From the NCBI GenBank assembly GCA_012295275.1, contig CM022679.1, positions 6,634,001-6,698,000 on the forward strand: DNA of 64,000 nucleotides, written 5' to 3'. Position numbers and translations under genes: made by a program. The number at the start of each line of letters is the position of its first letter. The stretch's first letter is position 1. A model generated the notes under the pieces. That model did no database searches. It had not been told where the DNA came from and saw only the letters and a program-made list of their open reading frames with translations. The DNA is from Chrysomallon squamiferum (Eukaryota > Animalia > Mollusca). Positions 14,101-28,429 of this stretch are shown here, one piece after another.

Positions 14101-17100
14101 AGTCACACAAACACCTGGTCTGTAAAGATGTCCTCTTTTTATAGAGTTTCATGTGTAATCTGTTTTTTACAAATTACATTTCTTTGTCCAGTTCCTGTCT
14201 TTATATTATTATAGTTGTTTGTGTAACTGAATAAAAATATATTTCTTTATTTTCATTAAAGTGAAATATTAATACTTACAAACACACTGAGTCAGTGACT
14301 TAGACCCACTGTTTAATGTGGTTCTGTACTTAGGACATGATTTGCAATGTGAAGAACCTGGCTCATCTTGGTATTGCCCTAAAGGACACTCAACACATGA
14401 CTGACGTATTTGCATAAAACCAGCTGGACATTGCACTGAAAAACAAAGACATATTTGATTTAGACCAAAACATGAATAAGAATGCAATCACACACACACA
14501 CACACTCCACTCACACACAGCCATATGCACAGACATATACATACACAGAAGTTCTCACACATTACTCAAACATATAAACAAAACACACCACATACACATT
14601 CACACCACCAGTAGTGGTGATAGTAATATTAGTTGTAAGAGTAGTTGTAGTAACAAGATGATGATAAAGAACAATAAATAAATAACTATTAAAATAATGA
14701 TGTTGATGATAAGAATAATGATAATTAAAGAAAACCCACTTACAGACACACTGATCTGCTGATTTTGCTCCTACAATGGTTGTAGTTCTACTTGTTGGAC
14801 ACTCTTTACAGGTAGACTGTCCCTCCTCATCCTGATATTGTCCAGCAGGACACAGTTCACACGTTCCAGACACTTCTTTTGTACCAGTAGGACATCTCAC
14901 TAAAGTAAGAAAATCGCATTTTGTGAACAGCTGATATAATCAGAGTTAAGTTCTTTTTAAATGCTTTTCATATGCCTGTTAATGTTTTGCAAGACAGTTT
15001 TGTTTTGTATTAAAATTGAAATTCTGAAGAATGCTTGACTAGCAAAGATAATGAACTAAGATCCAGCAATCATACAGCATTTCAAAAAGTTAATATTATT
15101 ATTGTGATGGATCCAAGTTAAAATAAAAAATACTGATAGCCAAATAATGAATGATTATGCTGATCCATGTTTAAATATTACAAAAAATGATAGCAAACAT
15201 TTTATTTTTTTATTTATAATCTTTTAATAAATGAGATATATAAGCTGCAGCAAACATTATATATACTTTTACTAAATAATTAATTACAGAAACAAAAGTT
15301 CACTGAAGAGGCCCCTTGTGAAGCAGTGGTCTTAAACTTGGGACAGTCTTTACAAACAGTGGATCCTGCAATGTCCTGATACTGACCAACTGGACAAGCT
15401 ACACATGATCCTGCCTGTGCTTTAGATCCAACTGGACAATGGACTATTAAAAAATTAAAGAATGTGTGGTCAGAATAGAATGTTTTTGATATAAATATAC
15501 TTAATATACAAAGAATTTCCCATCCAAGTAGCGCTGGAAACTTAATTACTTGCAAAAACAATAGTAATACCTATTCAGTTATCATTAAAAATCAGTTTAA
15601 TATTTGGTTGACAATCTAGAAATACATTTATCATACATTAATGATACATCACACAGCATTAAGAAATATCTAGATTTATAAGAACTCACGTGTACACTGG
15701 TTAATGGAAGAGGCTCCTAGTATGTTAGTTATGTGGAATTGTGGACAAGGCTTGCAGCTTGTCTGTCCAGTCAGGTCTTGATAGAAATTCTGTTGACACA
15801 GGACACATGATCCAGATACTTCATACTGACCAGCTGGACACACAACTTGTACAGCTTCAAAATAAATAAATATATAAATAAATAAAAAAATAAAGTTGAA
15901 CAAATCAATACAAAATTATTTAGCTTAATGTAATTTAATTTAAATAATGAAAATATTCTGTTTTATTTCCATATTATATAATACTTATTACAAATTTTTT
16001 AAGTACCATAAATGAGGAAATTATCTATTTTCTTTATGTTGAAGCTCATTTTAGCTAGAACATTATATACTCAACAGTGATCATTTCCTTTCTTCAGACT
16101 GTCACAAAAGACATAGTATACATTTCCAAAGAAATCATCAAAAATAGTTATTCTCTCTTAAGCAGTTGTTACCAAATGGTAAGTAAATCAAATTTTATCT
16201 CTAGAAATTATGTTTGTAAATAAGATTTTAAACAGAGTTTTTAACTGGCGTTAGACATCACTTACAGACACACTGACTGGCAGAAACTGATCCAGATGTC
16301 TTTGTTGTTTTGCCAGCTGGACATGTCTTGCAATAATTAGAACCAATTTCATCTTGATATTGACCAACAGGACAGAGCACACATGTTCCCGTTTGTTCTT
16401 TGTAACCACGTGGACACTGGACTGTTTATATGAAATAGCAGTGTATACAGTACACACTTACATCACTCAGAAAATGTACCACTGACTGAGTTTTTAATAA
16501 AATATGTGTTTATAAATTATTAATTATTCCTCAGAAAATTTAGTAAAATAAATGTGTATCAAATATATTCAGAAAGTATAGAACTGACTGGATGTTTAAT
16601 ATATACGTTAAATATGTGTTGAATATTTTATACTTTGCTAATAGAATTATTAGTTCATTAGTATCAAACTAAAATATGAATAGAACTTACGGAAACACTG
16701 TGCAGTTGAAATTGCTCCTGTTATGTTAGTGGTCATGTTGGGTGGGCATGATTTACATGTTTTTGAACCAATCTGATCTTGATATTCACCAAGTGGGCAG
16801 GGAACACAAGTAAATGATTCTTCTTTCATTCCAGCTGGACATTTCACTGTTAATAATAATTTTAAACAATCACAGTAATAGTCATTAATATGAATGAGTG
16901 TTTTTTTTCTAATATAATGATTTATTAAAATAATTTTAAGTGGTAAAGAATAGTTATTTAAATAAAGATAATAAATTGTTAAAATTTTGAGATGATGAGC
17001 ATGAAGAGCTTGAATGAGTGAATGAATGTATATTTATATACTGTAAAATTTTAAACAAAATTATTCAAATGCTATTAAACATTTGTTTATTAATTGAATA

Positions 17101-19113
17101 ATGTTGATATGAGAGATGGAGGAATTGTGATGTCACCTACTCTTTAGTCTATCCTTACAGATTACCTGTAGTATCTTTTATACACACCTTCACATAGGAG
17201 GGTGCAATGTTTTGTAAACCATTCAAGAAGCACTGGCTGAATGCTATCTAGATAACAGATACACTGAGAAAGACTGATCCCATGAACTATGTATAGATTT
17301 TTGAAAAGCTTCTCATACTCAGGTTTTAATCAAATTTCTGTAGGTAACATGAAGTTTTCTGTTATTTCATCTTATTTCTTCATTATTGTTAAAATAGATG
17401 TTTTAAGATATAATCATCATTAACTCCACCTACTCAACATTATCATCAATAAAATCAATAAAAACAAGAATGTTTTTATTACTAAAACAAATATACTTAC
17501 AATAGCAATCAGTGAATGATGTTGATCCATTTTGATTTGTAGTATAATATTTCGGACACAAATTACAAGTCGTTGTATTTATTTGATCTTGGTAATATCC
17601 AACTGGACATTCTACACATGTGTCAGATACTACTCTTGTACCCTTTGGACATGTAACTGAAATACATAATGACATATTGAAACAGTCATACTTAGAACAG
17701 GACAAATACAGATATAAATATATATTTTGGATGTTTGAAAATCTACAAATATATTCTCGATGTATTATATTAACAAGGCATAGAGAAATATTTAAATTTA
17801 TAAACTCACGTGTACACTGGTTAATGGAAGAGGCTCCTAGTATGTTAGTTATGTGGAATTGTGGACAAGACTTGCAGCTTGTCTGTCCAGTCAAGTCTTG
17901 ATAGAAATTCTGTTGACACAGGACACATGATCCAGACACTTTATATTGACCAACTGGACATACAACTTGTACAGCTTCAAAATAAATAAATTAATAAGGT
18001 TGAACATATCAATAAAACATTATTTAATTTAATTTAATTTAAATAACGAAAATAATCTGTTTTATTTCCATATTATAAAATACATATTACAAATTTTGTT
18101 CTTTCCATAAATGAGGAAATGATCTATTTTTTATATTGAAGCCCATTTTAATTTGTGTGTTATATGCTAAACAGTGATCATTTCATTTCTTCAGACTAAC
18201 CCAAAATACCTACAGTATTATTTCCAAAGAAATCGTCAAAAATATTTATTACCTGTTAAGTAGTTGTTATCAAGTAAGTAAATCAGATTTTCTCACTAGA
18301 AATTATGCTTTTCTGAAAGTAATCATCTAAAATGTATATTCTCTGTTAACCAGCCGACATCATATGATAAGTAAACTAGATTTTATCAGTAAAAACAGGA
18401 TTTTAACTGGGGTTACAGATCACTTACAGACACACTGACTGGCTGAAAGTATAGAACTGACTGGATGTTTAATATACGTTAAATATGTGTTGAATATTTG
18501 ATACTTTGCTAATGGAATTATTAGTTCATTTATATCAAACTAAAATATGAATAGAACTTACAGAAACATTGTGTGGTTGAAATTGCTCCTGTTACATTAG
18601 TGGTCATGTTGGGTGGGCACGATTTACATGTTTTTGAACCAGTCTGATCTTGATATTCACCAAGTGGGCATGGAACACAAGTAAATGATTCTTCTTTCAT
18701 TCCAGCTGGACATTTCACTGTTAATAATCATGAAAACAATAATAATTAATATGCATTGTTATTACACTTTTAAATAATTAACAGAGAAGAAACTCCTGAA
18801 ATTTTGAGATAAACAGTAACTAAAATGAATATCAGCTCAATGACAACTGATAATTCACAAAATAACTGTTTTATGACTGAGGGATAAAGCTTATCCCACC
18901 ACTTCATCGATTAACCTTAACTTATTAAGGTAAACATTCACAAAATACTAACTGGAACGTTAAGCAGACCAGTCAATGTACCGAGAAGGATTAGTCCTAT
19001 GCTATGTGAAATGTTTCATATATCTATTGTCATCAAGTTTTAAAAAATCATTCTTTAAGCAACAAGAAATACATTCTTCTTCTTCTTCTTCATTTTCTTG
19101 TTATTATTATTTG

Positions 19114-19166
<53 letters not shown>

Positions 19167-21142
19167 TACTATTTAACAAAACAGGCATTTTAATGTATCT
19201 TTAAAAAAAAAATTTTTTTATGAAACAGGGTCGTAAACTTGTAAAGAAAAAACCTCAGATGTCGACACTATATTATCCTACTCAGCCAACCCCCCCTAAA
19301 AAAAACCCCGCTGTTTTCATTGTTTCTTATTTTATATTTTTGTTATATATATATATATATATATATTAAGAAAACTAAGCAACAACAACAAAAATATATA
19401 TATATATATATAATTGATTTCAACCAGTGATCGAAAATGTCCAATTGCTTAAATATATACATCATTTCATCAACTCAACCTAGAGCACCAATAAAACAAT
19501 TTCGCTAAAACAAATATACTTACAAAGGCAGTCAGAGAATGATGTTGATCCATTTTGACTTGTAGTATAATATAGAGGACAACTATTACACGTTGTTGTA
19601 TTTATTTGATCTTGGTAATATCCAACTGGACATTCTACACATGTGTCAGATGCTACTCTTGTACCCTTTGGACACGTAACTGAAATACATAATGACAAAT
19701 ATTTATTTTGCACTTGTTTCTATTTAATATATAAAGTATACCATATAGTAAATCCTCATAACGAAGAATTATATTTTGTTGAAAAGTCTCTCACTATCTT
19801 GATGGAGGTTTTCTGCTATTCACTAATCTACCAAGATAGGGCATTAGCCCAATATTACTTAATTGTAAAAGAATTTAAAAATAATTAAAGGCAAATGTAA
19901 TTTAACAAATTCTTTGAAATGGATTCTGGTTCATAAATAAATTGCAGTATGGTTGCTAATTATCAAACATGACAGACATTAACAGTAGGCTAAAAATAAT
20001 TGCGGTAAGTCTGCTAATAACTGTGGTTTTAGGAACCATTCATAATTTTTTATGTTTAAAGAAAGACAAATACAAAGGTAACCAACTTACGGTAACAATA
20101 GTTTATAGATGTGGCTCCTCTGATTGTAGTTTTTTATATTTTGGACATTTTGTGCATCCTGTCATTCCCGTTTTATCTTGGTAGAAACCGTATGCACATT
20201 CCACACATTTATCAAAATTTTCTGCCGTTCCAATGGGGCATGGCTCTGTAATAGTAATAATATTAATATTATAATAATTAGAAGAACAACAACGATAATA
20301 GTTAAATGGCAGAAAGAAAACGTATTCAGTATACTACTTTACAAAATCATTTCTAGAACAACTATTGAAATTTTATTCAGTATTTTTCATGACTAATGAG
20401 CATAAGTGCTGGTTGTCTGAAACTACTGTAAAGTTCTTACCACACATAGTATTGGTGAGGACATATCCAGCCTGCCGACATACTATGGTGATGTTTGTAT
20501 TTGAAACTGACTGAAAAATTAGTCCATATATGTCAATCTGAAAGAATAAAATTATTACACAGTAGATCAGTTTGCATTATATTTATCCATTACTATTCTG
20601 AAAGCATGAAAATAACACTGTAAAAACATTACATATCACATGTGGAGTTGTGAATAAATTAAATTAGTTACTTATAACATTCACTTTGAAATATGCTAAT
20701 CTGAAATAATCAAACAAATAAATAAAGTTAAAAAAACAACAAATTTATGAGTCAATTAAAAGACTGATTATAAAAAGAAACATTTAAATTTATTCCAGTG
20801 CTGATAATTCTTTTATTTATTTTCGTCTTTATCTTCTTCTTCTTATTATTTATTATTATTAAATTTTCATCATTATTATTATTATAATATATTTATTTAT
20901 TTTTGATGAGAGCAGATAAACATTTGCTTTCCTTTTATTTTCAACTAAACAGAATAATGTTCAGGAATAAATTATTGAAAAAATAAAAATCTTATTCTCA
21001 CATAGTTAGCTCATAGCAACTAAAAGAATCATACCAAAGTACTGAAAACTGTCTTGTCAGTAAAATAATCATTGAGAACATTTCTGGTAGATCTAATTTC
21101 TTCAGAACCTGTTGATGTGTTCAGCTTGAGTTCTTGTCTGCA

Positions 21143-21190
<48 letters not shown>

Positions 21191-23832
21191 GCAAATGAAG
21201 TACAGAAGGAAGTTTAAAAAAATAAGATTAATATCGTTTGATTAGATAGGGATCTTTTATATGCACATATTCATAAGCATGAAATTACATCTGAAATTCG
21301 TGATAAACTGATTGCCTAGCCTGAAATGGGAAACTAATGCAATGACTGGTTTGTGCTCTAACCCTGAGCTGCAATCTGCCCGTTATCACCAGTACCACCA
21401 TCACCACCACTACTAAAACTACTGCAGCTCTCACTACTAGTTATTGTTATCATAAAAAAATATTAATGACATCTTTTAAAACCAGCTAATAGTTATTTAA
21501 ATTTAATTTTGATGGATTAAAAAATAATAATAATAATAATAAAAAAAGAAAATAAATGAATAAATAAAGTAGAGAAAAGTAACACATACGGAATAGAGTT
21601 GAATATCAAATCCATTTTTATCGGAATCTGAGTCTGTCGGCGACGACGACCCGAAGACTGACATCCTGTTACAGCACCACTGACGTCCACGTTGTCGCAG
21701 ACCACATTGTTACATATTCCTTCCCACGTGCGATTGAGACGTTTCATCTGACGTCGTGCTTCAGCTCGTAGTGCGTCTGTCATCAACTCCGGCCTGTCAC
21801 ACGACTTTGCTGTAAACTGCATCGTGATTCTGTATGTCATTAAATCCAGCTGCGGAATCACTTCACCACCTAGCAAGAATCAGAACGATATCATGATAAT
21901 TACAATGTGTCTTTCTTTCAAACTTCTTGTTTTCTAGCTAGGTTGTATTAGAAAATACACTTGTAAGAATAGTAACAGTAGTAATTAAAACGAAGTATCA
22001 TACTTGGTAATGGAACACATTCTGCACTTCCCCGCTGAACAGTTTTCTGTCCTTGTGGACATTTTGTACAAAAACGTGACTGAGTGTTTTTGAAATAATT
22101 CATAGAACACTGTTTGCACTGAGAGTCCAGGTAATCGAACTCTTGTCCGGCAGGACACGGAGCTGTAATAATAACAGTGCAAAAACAACAGCAATAATAA
22201 TTATAGCCAGGACAGTTAGAGTAATTATAATAATTTCATTTTAAATTAAACAGTAACATAAAAAAAATATATACCAAATAATTGTATCATTACTGAAATA
22301 ATACACATTACATTATTATTTAGAAAATTACCATAAAACGTTTAGAACTGAGATACCAAGACAATTACAACATATAAATATTAACTTAATTCAATCAGAG
22401 TATTTATGTGATTGTCGAGGATAAATAAGTAACTAAACCTTGCATAACTGAAAATCTGTAAAGACTTCTAATTAATTTCTTTTTTAGAAAATGTTTGTTA
22501 ATATTTTTAAAATGAAAATTTTAACATGAATTAAAACAGATAAATTAAAATGTCAGGTAAGTGAAAACTTACGATGACAAAACTGTTTTCCTGTTGATCT
22601 GGTGGATTTGGTCAGAGTTCCAGAAGGACATGGGATACATACAGGTTGAGATATTTTATCCTGATACTTATCCAGCGCACAGTCAATACAGGTGTATGTT
22701 AAAGAATCCACACGTGTACCAGCCTGACACTGATCTATGAACAATTGCAACATCATTATTGTACTCAACAATAAAAACAACAACAGAAACAATAATACTA
22801 ACACGATCACCATAACAGCAACAAGATACCAAAATAGGGAAATTTAAATTATACAATAATAATAATACATTATATTAATACAATTTTCTTCTTATTATTA
22901 ATGTCGGAAAAATACTTATTTTTCTATCCTGTGCTTAAATATATATGCAAACACAGTAACAGACACACAAATTCTGAATATTTGTATAATGTGTATAGTG
23001 TATAAAGATACATACATATATAGTATATAAACAATACATACATATATACATACATACAAACAAACGTAAATATGTACATACCATCAGACAGATACATACA
23101 TACATATATATATATACATATAAATACGTACCTACAAACACAAACATACATAGATATATGCTTGTTTATTTGTGTTTATCTGTGTTTGTTTTTTATAAAA
23201 AAGAAAGATAAGTGATAACAAATTTTATATTGATATAAGTCATATAAACATCTTGCTATGACAACAGAAATTTATATAATAAAAAAGCCTACAATTGGAG
23301 AATGATTAATGAATACCTTTACTAAACTGAAGTACTTGTTTCAGCTTGGTCAGCAGTGGGAAGTTACCCTCATTACAGAACTGACCATTGAAGTCATCTT
23401 GAGAAATTTCGAATACCATAGCACCTCCTTAGATTCATATCCTTAATGTAATTAGCCTATTAAGAAAATAATAAACATATTTATTAATATACTGTTTTTA
23501 TGAGGTTGACATAACTGAAATTCATAAATGCACTAAATGTCTGAAAATTCATTATTCTATTTCGTTCATTGTGGCTATCATTAAACGAGGATGATTTTTT
23601 GTGAAATGTTGGATATGTTTAGAAAATATTTATTACCTTTATTTCAATACTTTTCTGTGTCTCGTATCCAACCCATTGCGCAGAGTCCCAGGCAAAAGAA
23701 GCATTTTGTTCTTGTTGAAATCCATACTGAAACTGGTATATTGGTTTCGATGTGCTGTCACTGCAAACCTGGAATGAATATAAGTAATGTTAACCTGTAT
23801 CTTACTACTTTTTTTCTGATTCTTTCTCGTTT

Positions 23833-23908
<76 letters not shown>

Positions 23909-24219
23909 TTCATTATCTTTCCGTCACTTACGTTTTCTCTCTCTCTCTTTCACATACTTACCTTATAGTATGGCAAATCATACGATGATGTGAATGGATC
24001 TCCTATTTTATAAAGCGTTTGACTCTTAAGCTGAAAAGCTTTCCCATAGAATGGTATTCCAAGAACAATTTTCTGAGCAGGCATCCCTTTAGACATCCAA
24101 TACCTCACTGCATAGTCCTGTTGCAAGGGAAACAATATTAAAGAAAACTTTAAAAATATAAACCAGATATGTATATACATATATGCATACATGCATATTA
24201 CAAGTATACATAATTTACT

Positions 24220-24287
<68 letters not shown>

Positions 24288-26850
24288 GAAAATGTACATT
24301 CTTACAGCATTTGTATAACTTTGTGGAGGTTGCTGATTAGATCTGGGATACAGTGGGCTGGGATGGTCAATTGTGCTGCTAAAGTTACCCTGGTAATCAT
24401 AAGCCATTATGTTCACAAAGTCGAAATCCCTTAAAACCAAAAAAAAAAAAAAAAAAATAATTTATTAACAAGAACAGTAACAACAAAAACAACAATAATA
24501 ATAATAATGTTAATAATGATGATGATAAAAAATAATAACAACAATATATATGGATGAATGACCAAATGACATAAGAAAAAGCAGGACAGAGATAGAAACT
24601 CAGTTAACTGACAAGTAGTATGTATATTAGATAATGTATCAATTTGCAATAATATATATATATATATATATAAATTGTTTTTAAACGTCCTCTAAAATAC
24701 TGTCTGATGTTAAATCCTTTCTTTTTATTTGCTAAAACTAAAGTATTCAGTATATTACAAGCTTTTATATAGTTTTAAAAACTTACCTTGTCAGGTTATT
24801 TACTTCATAAGAATTATCTATCGTCTGCTTGTTGCCTGAAACCGAGGCTGAAAGAATCAGTTTGCTCTTTGTCGTCTGACTGGCTGCTTCTGTATCAAAC
24901 TTCTGACGAAGTTGCTGTAAGTTTCATCACAAAATTTGAAAACGAGGTAAATTACATGAAAAAATTAGATGTCTTCTAGTTTCTACGTGATATGTGAAAG
25001 CAGGTAATTTATTTATAATTATAAAATAAGTTGTAAACATGAAAATAATTATTTGTACGATTTTGGTTTTTGGATGCATCTGCCTGAGACACTCAAAACA
25101 ATAAAAATACAAAGCAAGTAAGTAAGTAAATAAATAAGTAAAAAGTTAAGACAGTTGTAACAAAATTTAAATTCTTGTCAAACTTATATCGTTTTAATAT
25201 TATCCTGACAATTATTAGATATCACTCACAAACATTTTATGATGAAAACTATCAAATAGTTAATAAATAAATTAATAAAAAGACAAATTATAATTATTAG
25301 ATAAACTATTTTTGTAAGAAAGACGTTTGAAAAAAAAAGTCATTGTACTTTGTTAATGGCTTCTTTTATCTGTTTGAAGCAAAAATTATATTTTACAGTC
25401 ACCTTACCATTTTCAAAAAAAAAAAAAAACATTAAATTTTTATAATAGTCGTGGAGAATTTGGCTGGAATTAAAAATAGCTTCGCCCTTGAAATAAATAC
25501 ATAGATATTATGCATCATTTGATTTAATACAAAGCATTCCAATAACAATACAGTACAATAAAATAATAAATACTATAATAGAAACAGTTAGGTTTTGATA
25601 TGTTTATTTGAAAGTGTTATTTGGGGTTTTAATCTATTATTCCGTCATTCCAAGTTTCGCTTTGTTGACTGGAAAGCTACATTTGCTTAACATTTTTAAA
25701 TAAGAATCAAAAGTTCCATAACAAAATGAAAAAAAAAAAAAAATAATAATAATAATAATAATGATAAAAATAACGATAAACTACGACCAATATCGAGTGC
25801 GTACATGTTGGACCAGTTTTCTGTAGACGCTGTTTAGCGATAACAAAAAATGCTTTCCAATCGGATAATAAAATAACATATCGTTCCTTATTTCGAGCTG
25901 CCTGATGCATGTCAGAAAGTATCCTTGTACCTATATAAATACATTTTAAACATTATATCGAACGAAATATAGTATCTACTTTTTGAATTTAAAACCCCAA
26001 ACTTACTGAAACTAAGACACTGTATCGCTGATTGTCAGTAGAAATTCCGCCGTTTTCGCCAGGAAACTCCCAAACAATGTCCAGTCCGTCGAAGTTACGG
26101 TCACGGAGATATTTAATGACGTTGTCACAGAAAGCATTTATTCGTGTGTCGGTACTAACAACAGCAGAGAATGCAGCTGATGTTTGATTCCAGCCTCCAA
26201 CTGCCAAGAGAACTTTTAGTCCTGATGTCGAGAGTTTTAAATCTGTCACTTTTTTATAATTACCTGAAAAGTCAGTTTACTCTATTAGCAAAAGCATTTT
26301 TTAAATTTTACTTTTCTTGTTTTATTCTTATATTTATAAATATATATATATATATATATATAAAATAGCGCAGAGTACTGAAACCAGGTTTCATTCTAGA
26401 TTTTGTTACTGGATTTTTTGAGAGCTTTGAACTCTATTTTTAGTATATTTTATGTTTTTTTACAATGGTCAGGAATACGCAAACAATGATTTAAGTGAAT
26501 CCAACATATTCGATACATTGTTAATAACAAACAGATTTCGAGACAGCCATTTGGAATTTATTTTTCAATTAAGGCTTACTGGTGTTAGTAAAAATGCCTT
26601 TAGTAAAATTCTAAATCACAAAAAACAAGAGAAAATAAACTGATTGCTAAGGTTGCTAATAATCGTTATACTGCCAGTAATAAATTTCAACGTTGACCAT
26701 TTAGAAAAGTGGCTTTCTAAATAGTGGATTTGAAAGCGGTTTCAGTAATACTAATACTATTCGTGAAAAATCTCCGATCAAAATAATATAATTTCTGTAA
26801 AATTTAAACGTTAAAATAAAAAAGCCGACAAGTCCTTAAAATATAATATA

Positions 26851-26893
<43 letters not shown>

Positions 26894-27747
26894 GAAATAT
26901 GTTTTATGGTCTTCTTTTGAAAATTAGCACCTGATCTAAAACACCAGTGGGTTGGTTTCTTGTTCGTTTTTCCATCCCGCCCCCTTTTTCCAAAAAATGT
27001 TTTATTTTCTAATTAAAAAAAAAAATGTTTTAAACATAATTTTCAAATCCAAAGATGATATTTATTTACTACTGTTATCATAGAAACCATCAACACCGGC
27101 ATCACCTCTATGCTGCTATTTCTACCATCATTATTACTTATTTTATTGTTGTTGTTGTTATTATTATTACAGAGCAGTGCTCAACAGAAATCTTTTATAA
27201 ATATGATTTCTGTCAAGATAAAACAGAAACAAAGTATCAAGTATATAATTAGGGGAGTCACATCTATAAACAAGTGTTTTCGTAAGGTTGTTATCTCTAT
27301 ATCTTATCTGTTACGTAAACCATATATGACTTATATAACATAAAATTTGTTTTTGAATTTTGTTGTTATTATTTTGTTATTATATAATTTCACATCTATA
27401 AACAAGTGTTTTCGTAAGGTTGTTATTTTATCAGTTATTATTGACTTTATAACAAAACTGTTTTATTATTCTTTCCATAATGATCATCATCATCGTCATT
27501 ATTTAATTAAAAAAATGAACCACAAAGTTATGGTATTTGAGTAATAAGAAAAATGTTTACCGTTTAAACCGTCGTCGTTGGATTCTGTAGTTCCAAGCGA
27601 ATTGGTGTCAGGAAGGATTTTGGCGAACGCATACACAATGTGAGTACACAGGGATGGGTTGATGTTCTCAGGATTAAACTGCATGACCGCAGGGCGGTAC
27701 TGAGCCCAGTTGGCATAGTAACAAACACGTTTATAATCTGCGTTGAC

Positions 27748-27794
<47 letters not shown>

Positions 27795-27810
27795 TTACTT
27801 TTCACCAAAA

Positions 27811-27841
<31 letters not shown>

Positions 27842-28389
27842 AAATAAATAATAATAATAATAATAATAATAATAGTAATAATTTACTTTTCACCAAAATA
27901 AATAAATAAATAAAAGCATATAAATAAATTAAAAAAACAAAATTTTTGAAAGTTAAATTTATAAATAAAATAAATTTAAAAAATAAATTAAATTAAAGAT
28001 AATTAAATGAAAATAATAAATTAATTATTAATTAATCAAGGTAAATTATTTCTATTATTTAAATTAAAAAATAAAATAAATTATATACAATGTGAATTAA
28101 AATAGAAAATGAAAATAATTAAATAAATAAATAAAATAACAGACTTTTGTTACTTTAATTTTACTTTAAATATAATTATTTCATTGAAATGGAAAAACTT
28201 CCAATATTTTATCTACAAATACAGTACGTTCCTTACGTCTTTTTCATTAATGTAAATACAATTTCAGATATTATAAACATATTCGTTTATACAAACATAT
28301 ACACATAGTTACACATATATATTATCCTCTTTACAAACATACCAGCTATCTTCCTATTTATCTATTGTATAATTTTCACATGCATAACA

Positions 28390-28429
<40 letters not shown>

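Larger units (their letters stand above)
15670..19700. repeat. Tandem duplication of a four-exon block in the stalk array
   Basis: 15670-16860 aligns with 17795-18730 including introns, and 17480-17675 aligns with 19505-19700. Confidence 0.85.

Noticed and set aside
4987-22734. Calling the repeat array a SCUBE, SVEP1, PCSK5 or Eph receptor gene
   Set aside because: No CUB, vWA, pentraxin, subtilase or kinase exons on this strand; the N-terminus is GH18.
25707-25930. ORF MHQAARNKERYVILLSD..., faintly like the GH18 helix after the catalytic motif
   Set aside because: Exons 26007-26263 and 24787-24914 already join in phase to give continuous GH18 sequence, and this ORF runs into a microsatellite.
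27259-27910. Short direct repeats (36 bp at 27259 and 27391; taatttacttttcaccaaaataaa twice)
   Set aside because: Ordinary intronic slippage duplications with no sign of function.
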